Shown here: piece after piece, positions 17,297-24,546 of the stretch
How the letters are laid out: each line of letters starts with the position of its first letter
Numbering within the stretch: the stretch's first letter is position 1
Assembly: GCA_050734915.1 (NCBI GenBank)
Contig: JBOHUX010000001.1
Span: forward strand, 1-47,243
Direction of reading: 5' to 3'
Source: Candidatus Dormibacteraceae bacterium
GTDB lineage: Bacteria > Chloroflexota > Dormibacteria > Dormibacterales > Dormibacteraceae
Length of the DNA: 47,243 nucleotides
Notes under the pieces: model-generated
Databases searched by the model: none
Told to the model about the DNA's origin: nothing
Seen by the model: only the letters and a program-made list of their open reading frames with translations
Made by a program: the position numbers and the translations under genes

Positions 17297-19151
17297 CCAG
17301 CTGGGACGGGCCGTGGACTGGCTGCGGGAGCGGCAGGCCCCGGCCGGGTGGTGGTCCGGAGAGCTGGAGACGAACGTGACCATGACCGCCGAGCACGTGC
17401 TGCTGCTCCACTTCCTGGGCGTCGATGCGGGGCCGGTCCGGGAGGGCGCGATCCGGCATATCACGGGTGCCCAGCGCGAGGACGGCAGCTGGGCCCTCTA
17501 CCACGACGGTCCCGGCGATCTCTCGACCACGATCGAGGCGTATTCGGCTCTCAAGCTCCTGGGCATCGATGCGGCCGGCGACATGATGGCGAGGGCGCTC
17601 GCGTTCATTCGCGGGCAAGGGGGTGTGGCCCGGGCGCGGGTCTTCACCAAGATCTGGCTGGCGATCTTCGGCCAATACCCGTGGGAGGGGATCCCGAGCA
17701 TGCCTCCCGAGCTCGTCTACCTGCCCGCCTGGGCGCCGCTCAACCTCTATGACTTCGCCTGCTGGGCACGGGGGACGATCGCCCCGCTCCTGATCGTGAT
17801 CACCCGCCGCCCGGTCCGCCCGCTCGGGATCGCCCTCGCCGAGCTGGTCCTGCCCGGCACCGAGCGCGAGATGTCGCGGGTGCCCGGGGCGGGGGCCTTC
17901 TGGTGGCTCGACAAGCTTCAGAAGGCCTATCACCGCTCGCCGTGGCATCCCGGCCGCGCGCGCGCCCGGCGCCGCCTGGTGGACTGGATCACCGACCGGC
18001 AGGAGGCGGACGGAAGCTGGGGCGGGATCCAGCCGCCGTGGGCATACTCGCTGATCGCGCTCAGCCTCGAGGGGATGGCGCTGGACCATCCCGTAATGCG
18101 GGCGGGGCTCCGGGGGCTGGACGGCTTCGCCATCCACGACGAGGGCGGCTGGCGCCTCCAGGCCTGCATGTCGCCGGTCTGGGACACGGCTTGGGCCATG
18201 CTCGCCCTGCGGCGGGCGGGGACACCGCTCGAAGATCCGGGCCTCGTGCGGGCGGTCGACTGGATGCTGGGCGAGCAGATCGAGAGGGGTGGCGACTGGC
18301 AGGTCCGGTCCTCCCTCAAGGCCTGCGGCGGCTGGGCGTTCGAGTTCGACAACGACATCTACCCAGACGTGGACGACACCGCGGTGGTGGTGGCCGCGCT
18401 CCTCGAGTGCGGACGGCGCGAGCGGGTCCTGCCCGCCGTCGAGAAGGGCGTGCGCTGGGTGCTCGCGATGCGGAGCTCGAACGGGGCGTGGGGGGCGTTC
18501 GACCGCGACAACACGCGCCAGATCGTCTACAGGCTCCCCTTCGCCGACTTCGGGGCCATGCTCGACCCGCCCACCGAGGACGTCACCGCGCACGTCCTCG
18601 AGATGCTGGCCGGGGTCTCATCGAGCTCCACCGATCCCATCGTCCGGCGGGGGGTCGAGTATCTGCGGGAGCGGCAGCGCCCGTGGGGCTCGTGGTTCGG
18701 CCGCTGGGGCGTCAACCACATCTACGGTACCTGGTGCGTGGTTTCCGCGCTGGCCGCGCTCCGCACAGGCGGTGACATGGTGGCGGGGGGCGCCCGCTGG
18801 CTGGTGGAGGTCCAGAACCCCGACGGTGGCTGGGGCGAGACCTGCCTGTCATACCGTGACGAGTCCTTCGCCGGGGTCGGCATCAGCACCCCCTCGCAGA
18901 CGGCCTGGGCGGTGCTCTCGCTGCAGCTCGCGAACATGGCCGGGCATCCCGCCTGCCGGCGGGGGGTGGAGCATCTGCGAGAGCGGCAGGAGGGTGGCAC
19001 CTGGGCGGAGCCCCACCACACTGGAACCGGCTTCCCGGGCGATTTCTACATCAACTACCACCTCTACCGGCACGTCTTCCCGACCATGGCGCTGGCGGTG
19101 GACCACCACCTGTCCCCGAACGCTCCGGCGCCGGCACGATCGTCGGCGTGA
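17289..19151 (+). CDS. shc: Squalene-hopene cyclase
   Basis: 620 aa. It has the catalytic DxDDTA motif (IYPDVDDTAVVVAAL) and repeated QW-type motifs (RERQAPAGWW, QREDGSW, RQEADGSWGG, RSSNGAWG, QNPDGGWGE, RERQEGGTW). The TTG start overlaps hpnE by 8 nt. Confidence 0.95.
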   Translation: MPDQLGRAVDWLRERQAPAGWWSGELETNVTMTAEHVLLLHFLGVDAGPVREGAIRHITGAQREDGSWALYHDGPGDLSTTIEAYSALKLLGIDAAGDMMARALAFIRGQGGVARARVFTKIWLAIFGQYPWEGIPSMPPELVYLPAWAPLNLYDFACWARGTIAPLLIVITRRPVRPLGIALAELVLPGTEREMSRVPGAGAFWWLDKLQKAYHRSPWHPGRARARRRLVDWITDRQEADGSWGGIQPPWAYSLIALSLEGMALDHPVMRAGLRGLDGFAIHDEGGWRLQACMSPVWDTAWAMLALRRAGTPLEDPGLVRAVDWMLGEQIERGGDWQVRSSLKACGGWAFEFDNDIYPDVDDTAVVVAALLECGRRERVLPAVEKGVRWVLAMRSSNGAWGAFDRDNTRQIVYRLPFADFGAMLDPPTEDVTAHVLEMLAGVSSSSTDPIVRRGVEYLRERQRPWGSWFGRWGVNHIYGTWCVVSALAALRTGGDMVAGGARWLVEVQNPDGGWGETCLSYRDESFAGVGISTPSQTAWAVLSLQLANMAGHPACRRGVEHLRERQEGGTWAEPHHTGTGFPGDFYINYHLYRHVFPTMALAVDHHLSPNAPAPARSSA

Positions 19152-20416
19152 CGGTGGCCGCGACCCGCCCCGCTCCGGGCATGCTCGGGCTCTGCTTCGA
19201 GGCGAGCCCGTTTCGCCTCGCCGCCGCGGGCGCGGCGGGCCGGATCAACCGGGCGGCGGCCCTCTACATCGGATCCCCGCTGCGGCTCCGGCGCATGCCG
19301 GAAGCGGAGCTGCCGGAGGCGGGCTGGCTCCGGTTGCGGCCCGCCCTGACCGGCATCTGCGGAAGCGACGTCCACCAGGCGTGCCTCGACGCCGCGATCG
19401 ACAATCCGCTCTCCGGCCTCATCACCTTCCCGCATGTGCTCGGGCACGAGACGGTCGCGCGCGTCGCCACCGGGACCGAGGGGCTGGAGGCGGGACGCTG
19501 GGTGGCCGTCGACCCCTGGCTTGGCTGCGAGGCGCGCGGCATCTCCCCCCCCTGCCCGTCGTGCGCAGCCGGCAATCCGCCGCTCTGCGAGAACGTCACC
19601 GCCGAGGCGCCGGGCGGGAAGGGCAGGGGCATGCACCTAGGCAACGTCCCCGGCCTCCCGGGCGGGTTCAGCACCTCGATGGTGGCCCACCGCTCGCAGT
19701 GCCATCCGCTGCCGGACGGGGTCGAGCCCGCCGCCGGGGTGCTCGCCGACCCGCTGGCGGTCGGCTGGCATGCGGTCGAGCGCTCGGGCTTCGAGGGTGG
19801 CCTCGCCGTCGTACTTGGCGCCGGCACCATCGGCCTCAGCGCCGCGGCGGTCCTCCGCCACCGCTTCCCGGAGGCGACGGTGATCGTCACCGCCGCCTGG
19901 CCCCACACGCGCCGGCTGGTCGCGCGTTTGGGCGCGACACCCTGCGGGCTCGATCCCGCGGTGCTGGTGGCGGCGGTGCGCGAGCGGACCGGCGGCAGTC
20001 TGGTCCGGCCCTGGCGGGGGCCGCCCTGGCTGGCGGGATCGGGAGCCGACCTCGTCATCGACAGTGTCGGCGCCGCCGGCACGGCCGAGACCGCGCTCAG
20101 GATCGTGCGCCCGCGGGGCCGCATCGTGAACATCGGCGTCGACCGCCCGCGCCGGACCGAGAACACGCTCGGCTACTACAAGGAGGTCGTGACTCTCGGC
20201 AGCAACGGCTACGGCTGGGTCGAGCGCGACGGGAAGCGGGTCCACGAGATGGACCACGCGCTCGGGATGCTGGCCACGGGGGCGCTCCCCCATGATGAGA
20301 TGCTCACCCACCGCTTCCCGCTCCACCGGTGGCGGCGGGCCTTCGCCACCGCCGCCCGGCCCGGAGCCACCGGAGCCATCAAGGTCACCATCGAGACAGA
20401 GGAGATGCCGGCATGA
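19148..20416 (+). CDS. Zn-dependent alcohol dehydrogenase (medium-chain dehydrogenase/reductase family)
   Basis: 422 aa with a GTG start in a GTGA overlap with the shc stop. It shows LTGICGSDVH, FPHVLGHE, a 4-Cys structural-zinc segment (GCEARGISPPCPSCAAGNPPLC) and a Rossmann motif (VVLGAGTIGL). ATG 19181 is a possible shorter start. Confidence 0.8.
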   Translation: MTVAATRPAPGMLGLCFEASPFRLAAAGAAGRINRAAALYIGSPLRLRRMPEAELPEAGWLRLRPALTGICGSDVHQACLDAAIDNPLSGLITFPHVLGHETVARVATGTEGLEAGRWVAVDPWLGCEARGISPPCPSCAAGNPPLCENVTAEAPGGKGRGMHLGNVPGLPGGFSTSMVAHRSQCHPLPDGVEPAAGVLADPLAVGWHAVERSGFEGGLAVVLGAGTIGLSAAAVLRHRFPEATVIVTAAWPHTRRLVARLGATPCGLDPAVLVAAVRERTGGSLVRPWRGPPWLAGSGADLVIDSVGAAGTAETALRIVRPRGRIVNIGVDRPRRTENTLGYYKEVVTLGSNGYGWVERDGKRVHEMDHALGMLATGALPHDEMLTHRFPLHRWRRAFATAARPGATGAIKVTIETEEMPA

Positions 20417-20853
20417 TGATCGTCCAGGACAGCGTCGTCGTCAGCGCACCGCTCCAGGGGGTGCGCGACGCCGTGCTCGACCCCGACGCCTACGTCGCCG
20501 GCGGCACCAAGGTCAGCCAGATCCACGTCCAGGAGCGCACCCAGGACGGCATGGTCGCGCGCATCGACGGGAGCTTTGGGCCCTTCAAATCCAGCATCCT
20601 GGCCCGCTACAGCGTCCTTCCCGATCGCGTTGAGCTCGCCATGGTGGGCAGCGCCAGGATCCGCGGATTCACGGCCCTCTTCCTGCTCGAGGAGGTGCCG
20701 GGCGGGGTCAGACTCACCCATCGAGAGGAGTACGACTTCGGCTACCCGCTGGTGACCCCGCTGGTGGAGGCGATGATGAGGGGCTGGGCCCATCGCTCGG
20801 TCGTGGCCGAGGTCAACGCCATCAAGACGGCCGCCGAGGCGAAGGCCGGTTAG
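20413..20853 (+). CDS. SRPBCC (START/polyketide-cyclase-like) ligand-binding protein
   Basis: Uses the frame of track ORF 20329..20853. The start is ATG 20413, with GAGGAG 9 nt upstream and an ATGA overlap with the dehydrogenase stop. At 146 aa, MMIVQDSVVVSAPLQGVRDAVLDPDAYV...RLTHREEYDF... has the typical SRPBCC layout. Confidence 0.7.
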   Translation: MMIVQDSVVVSAPLQGVRDAVLDPDAYVAGGTKVSQIHVQERTQDGMVARIDGSFGPFKSSILARYSVLPDRVELAMVGSARIRGFTALFLLEEVPGGVRLTHREEYDFGYPLVTPLVEAMMRGWAHRSVVAEVNAIKTAAEAKAG

Positions 20854-20877
20854 AGCCGGTCCCGGCCCCCTCCCCGT

Positions 20878-21786
20878 TCACGTTTCCCGGCCGGGCGGCA
20901 CGACCACCGCGCCCAGGACCAGGGCGCCGCGCCGCCGGGCCTCGTCCTCGATCGCGCGCAGGGCCTGGGCAGCCAGGGGTGAGATCGACTCGGCCCAGAT
21001 CATGAAGCCGTCCCGCATGACCGGGAGATCGACCAGACGCGACGCCTGCCGGCGGAGCACCGCCAGCACCGCCGGCGGCGGCGGGTCGGCGAACTGCTCT
21101 TCGACCCAGGTCCGGCCCAGCCCGCGGGCCCGCTCGGGGGTGCCCTCGGGATCGGCGGCGAGGGCCATGATCCTGCCGGCAAGACCCTTCAGGCGCTGGA
21201 AGAGGATCTCGTTGCCCTCCGCCTCAGCCAGGCGCTCCAGCAGCTCGGTCACCGGCTCCGGCAGCAGCATCTGCCCGAACAGCCTCGGAACCGGCAGCCC
21301 CCAGTCCTCGCCCAGGAGGCGCCCGTAGACGCCGGCCGCGCCCTCGGACAGGGGCCGGGCGAGCCGCCCGAAGACCCCCAGGCTCTCCCGCTGCGCGTGC
21401 GCCAGCCGCCCCACGATCGCCTCCAGGCCGGCGCCCGGCTCCGCCAGCGCCTGGTCCACCGCGCCCAGAAGCCAGCCCACGCGGGCTCGCTCGCGTTGAA
21501 GCGCCTCCCGGTGGCGTTCCAGCGCCGCCCGGACATCGAGCGGGTCTGGCGAGAGAGAGGCGCGGATCTCCTCCAGGCCCATGCCCAGCGTGCGCAGAAG
21601 ATCGATGTGGAGCAGCCTCAGCACGGCGGCGGCGCTGAAGACCCGGTAGCCGCTCTCCGTGTGATCGAGCGTGAGCAGGCCCCTCGACTCGTAGTGGCGG
21701 ATCCGGCCGGCGCTGATCCCGGTCAGGGCCGACACCTCGCCGATGTTGAGGCGGCTTGACTCTCCAACTGTTGGAAGGTTCACCAT
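20878..21786 (-). CDS. MerR-family transcriptional regulator with a roughly 200 aa uncharacterised C-terminal domain
   Basis: 302 aa. The N-terminal HTH is LNIGEVSALTGISAGRIRHYESRGLLTLDHTESGYRVFSAAAVLRLLHIDLLRTLGMGLEEI. It is divergent from hpnH. Confidence 0.85.
   Translation of the reverse strand: MVNLPTVGESSRLNIGEVSALTGISAGRIRHYESRGLLTLDHTESGYRVFSAAAVLRLLHIDLLRTLGMGLEEIRASLSPDPLDVRAALERHREALQRERARVGWLLGAVDQALAEPGAGLEAIVGRLAHAQRESLGVFGRLARPLSEGAAGVYGRLLGEDWGLPVPRLFGQMLLPEPVTELLERLAEAEGNEILFQRLKGLAGRIMALAADPEGTPERARGLGRTWVEEQFADPPPPAVLAVLRRQASRLVDLPVMRDGFMIWAESISPLAAQALRAIEDEARRRGALVLGAVVVPPGRET
21756..21775 (+). promoter_or_regulatory. TTGACT followed by dyad TCCAAC-t-GTTGGA (candidate MerR-type operator/promoter)
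   Basis: TTGACT lies at 21756..21761, followed by a 6+1+6 dyad at 21763..21775. It is 108 nt upstream of hpnH and overlaps the first codons of the divergent merR-like gene. No convincing -10 element was found. Confidence 0.3.
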
Positions 21787-21863
21787 GGATAACTATCGCA
21801 GGGTGGTGAGGACGCCGCCCTCGCCACGCGGTCGCAGGCGATCTTGTTCCAGGAGGTCATGGT

Positions 21864-22895
21864 ATGGCGATCCCGCTCCGGCAGTCGCTGAAGGTCGGCG
21901 CCTACGTGGCGGGCAAGCGCCTGCGTCACGTGGACAAGTTCGCGCTGGTGCTCCAGCTCGAACCCCTCTACCAGTGCAACCTCGCCTGCGCCGGCTGCGG
22001 GAAGATCCAGCATCCGAAGGAGATCCTCCAGCGCCGGCTGACCGTCCAGCAGTGCGTAGACGCGGCCGAGGAGTGCGGGGCGCCGATGATCTCCATCGCC
22101 GGCGGCGAGCCCCTGCTCCACAAGGAGATCCACGAGATCGCAGCCGCGCTCATCGAGCGGCGGCGGTTCGTCTACCTCTGCACGAACGCGCTCTGGCTGG
22201 AGAAGAAGATGGACCTCTTCAAGCCCTCGCCGTACTTCTCCTGGTCGGTCCACATCGACGGCCTCCGTGAGCGCCACGATCAGTCCGTCTGCGAGCAGGG
22301 CGTCTTCGACAAGGCGGTGGCGGCCGTCAAGGAGGCCAAGCGCCGGGGCTTCCGGGTCACCACCAACACCACCTTCTTCGAGCCCGACAACGCCGACAGC
22401 GTCAAGGCCGTCCTCGACTACCTGAACGACGACCTCAAGGTGGACTCGATGCAGATCTCCCCCGGCTTCGCCTACGAGAAGGCCCCCGACCAGGAGCACT
22501 TCCTGGGCGTCAAGATGACCCGCGAGATCTTCAAGGAGGCCTTCGCGGGAGGCCGCCGCGAGAGGTGGCGCCTCAACCACTCACCGCTCTTCCTGGACTT
22601 CTTGGAGGGCAAGGTGGACTTCGCCTGCACCGCCTGGGGCATCCCCTGCTACTCGGTCTTCGGCTGGCAGCGGCCCTGCTACCTGATGGCGGACGGCTAC
22701 CTGCCGACCTACCAGGAGCTTCTGGAGACCACCGACTGGTCGCAGTACGGCCGCGGGCGCAACCCGAAGTGCGAGAACTGCATGGCCCACTGCGGATACG
22801 AGCCGACCGCCGTGGTCGCCACCAGCGCGTCTCTCAAGGAGTCGCTGCGGGCCGGCGCCGACATCCTGCGTGGGCAGCTCGCCCGGGCCGGCTAG
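21864..22895 (+). CDS. hpnH: Adenosyl-hopene transferase HpnH (radical SAM)
   Basis: 343 aa with GGAGG 8 nt upstream of the ATG. It shows FALVLQLEPLYQCNLACAGCGKIQHP (CxxxCxxC) and C-terminal Cys-rich NPKCENCMAHCGYEP. Confidence 0.9.
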   Translation: MAIPLRQSLKVGAYVAGKRLRHVDKFALVLQLEPLYQCNLACAGCGKIQHPKEILQRRLTVQQCVDAAEECGAPMISIAGGEPLLHKEIHEIAAALIERRRFVYLCTNALWLEKKMDLFKPSPYFSWSVHIDGLRERHDQSVCEQGVFDKAVAAVKEAKRRGFRVTTNTTFFEPDNADSVKAVLDYLNDDLKVDSMQISPGFAYEKAPDQEHFLGVKMTREIFKEAFAGGRRERWRLNHSPLFLDFLEGKVDFACTAWGIPCYSVFGWQRPCYLMADGYLPTYQELLETTDWSQYGRGRNPKCENCMAHCGYEPTAVVATSASLKESLRAGADILRGQLARAG

Positions 22896-22930
22896 CCCGG
22901 GTCGGCCCTGAGCGGGCTCCCGAGAGGTGG

Positions 22931-23926
22931 ATCGTCGCGACGGGTGACGCGGTCTTCCTGACCGGCGCCAGCGGCTTCCTCGGCCGCCACGTCGCCGAGG
23001 CGCTGCTGGCGGGCGGCAGATCGGTGCGGTGCCTGGTCAGGTCGGAAGCGGCCGTGGCGCGGCTGCCCGCCGGCTCGGAGCCGGTCCGGGGCGACCTGCT
23101 CGATCCGGGAAGGCTGACCCGGGTCCTGGACGGCTGCCGGTACCTGATCCACACGGCGGCGGTCTACTCGTTCTCTCCGCGCGACCGCGAACTGCTCCGC
23201 GCCGTCAACGTGGCCGGCACCGCCGGGCTCCTGGAGGCCGCCCGCCTGGCCGGGATCGAGAAGGCGGTCGTGACCTCCAGCTCGGCCACCGTCGGCCCGG
23301 CCCGGGAGGGCCGCCCGGCCACGGAGGACGACATCCCCCGCGCCGGCCGGCCCGCCTCCGCCTACCACGCCTCCAAGCTCGAGCAGGAGCGCGTGGCATG
23401 CGCGGCCCGCGTCCCAACCGTCCTCGTCCTCCCCACGATGCCGGTCGGCGCCGGCGACTGGAAGCCCACGCCGACGGGCCGGATGGTGCTCGATACCGTG
23501 CGCGGACGGATGCCCGCCTATCCCGCCGGGGGCGCCAACGTGGTGGCCGTCGAGGACGCCGCACGAGCCCACGTGCTGGCCCTCGAGTGCGGCCGGGCAG
23601 GAGCCCGCTACCTCGCCGGCGGCGAGAACCTCAGCCTGCGCGATCTCCTCGGCCTCATCGCCGCCCGGGCCGGCCGGCGGCCAGCCCGGCTCCCCATGCC
23701 CTACCGCGCGGCCTGGGCTCTCGGCTGGGGAGACGAGCTCCGCTGCCGAGCCGGGCTCGGGCGGCAGCCACACATACCCCTGGAGGGGGTGCTCATGAGT
23801 CGCGAGCGGATGCACGTGAGCTGCGCGCGGGCCGCCGCGGAGCTCGGCTACCGCCCCCTCACCTCGACCACCGAGGCGATCGGACGCGCGGTGGGCTGGT
23901 ACCGCGACCACGGGTACGCGACCTGA
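22931..23926 (+). CDS. hpnA: Hopanoid-associated NAD-dependent epimerase/dehydratase-family protein HpnA (start codon unresolved)
   Basis: Uses the frame of track ORF 22565..23926. The Rossmann fold begins at IVATGDAVFLTGASGFLGRHV (22931 onward), and the SDR catalytic motif is YHASK. No ATG, GTG or TTG lies between the hpnH stop (22895) and the glycine motif. The nearest canonical in-frame start is GTG 22769, inside hpnH. Confidence 0.75.
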   Translation: MVATGDAVFLTGASGFLGRHVAEALLAGGRSVRCLVRSEAAVARLPAGSEPVRGDLLDPGRLTRVLDGCRYLIHTAAVYSFSPRDRELLRAVNVAGTAGLLEAARLAGIEKAVVTSSSATVGPAREGRPATEDDIPRAGRPASAYHASKLEQERVACAARVPTVLVLPTMPVGAGDWKPTPTGRMVLDTVRGRMPAYPAGGANVVAVEDAARAHVLALECGRAGARYLAGGENLSLRDLLGLIAARAGRRPARLPMPYRAAWALGWGDELRCRAGLGRQPHIPLEGVLMSRERMHVSCARAAAELGYRPLTSTTEAIGRAVGWYRDHGYAT

Positions 23927-24543
23927 GCACCGGCGCCGGCGTCGCCGTCCTGGCGGCGATGGGGCTGGAGGCGCGGCCCCTGGCGCGGCGCCTGGCTCGG
24001 CTGAGCGGCGTCCGGGTGATACGGGTTGGAATCGGGGTCAGGTGGCCCCCCGACCTGGGGGCGGCGGGCACGGTCATCGTCTGCGGAGTCGGCGGAGCAC
24101 TCAGCGCGGATCTTGAGCCCGGCACCGTCTTCGTCCCCGACCGGCTCGCCCTCTCCAGCGGCGGGAGCGTCGAGCTGGATCCCGGCCTCGGCGCCGAGCT
24201 CCGGGGGGCGGTGGCCCGGCTCGGGATCGACGCGGCCGCCGGCGGCCTCCTCACCGCCACCCGGATGGTGACGGGCGCCGAGCGCCGCGAGTGGGCGCGG
24301 CGGGGGTTCCACCTGGTGGACATGGAAACCGGGCTCGTGGCTGCCTCCGGGCGCCGGCTGGCCGGGATCCGGGTGGTGCTGGACACGCCGAGGCACGAGC
24401 TCTCCCCCAGATGGGGGAGGCCGGGCCGGGCCGCCCTCGACCCCCGCCTCTGGGGGCAGATGGTCTGGCTGGCTCGATTCGCGCCCGCCTACGCCGACCG
24501 CGCCGCCCGCGTCGTCGCGGAGGCACTTCGCCACCGGGCCTGA
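23923..24543 (+). CDS. hpnG: Hopanoid-associated phosphorylase/nucleosidase HpnG (PNP/UDP-1 family); start codon unresolved
   Basis: Uses the frame of track ORF 23029..24543. GVAVLAAMGLEARPLA aligns with the first beta strand of MTA-nucleosidase-type proteins (KIGIIGAMEEEV). FHLVDMETG is also present. The first canonical start (ATG 23959) would delete that strand, whereas CTG 23923 overlaps the hpnA stop as CTGA. Confidence 0.7.
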   Translation: MSTGAGVAVLAAMGLEARPLARRLARLSGVRVIRVGIGVRWPPDLGAAGTVIVCGVGGALSADLEPGTVFVPDRLALSSGGSVELDPGLGAELRGAVARLGIDAAAGGLLTATRMVTGAERREWARRGFHLVDMETGLVAASGRRLAGIRVVLDTPRHELSPRWGRPGRAALDPRLWGQMVWLARFAPAYADRAARVVAEALRHRA

Positions 24544-24546
24544 GTC

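Noticed and set aside
22769-22930. GTG 22769 as the hpnA start.
   Set aside because: It would overlap hpnH by 127 nt and add an Arg-rich, low-GC3 segment of about 54 aa ahead of the Rossmann fold. It is kept only as the nearest canonical alternative.
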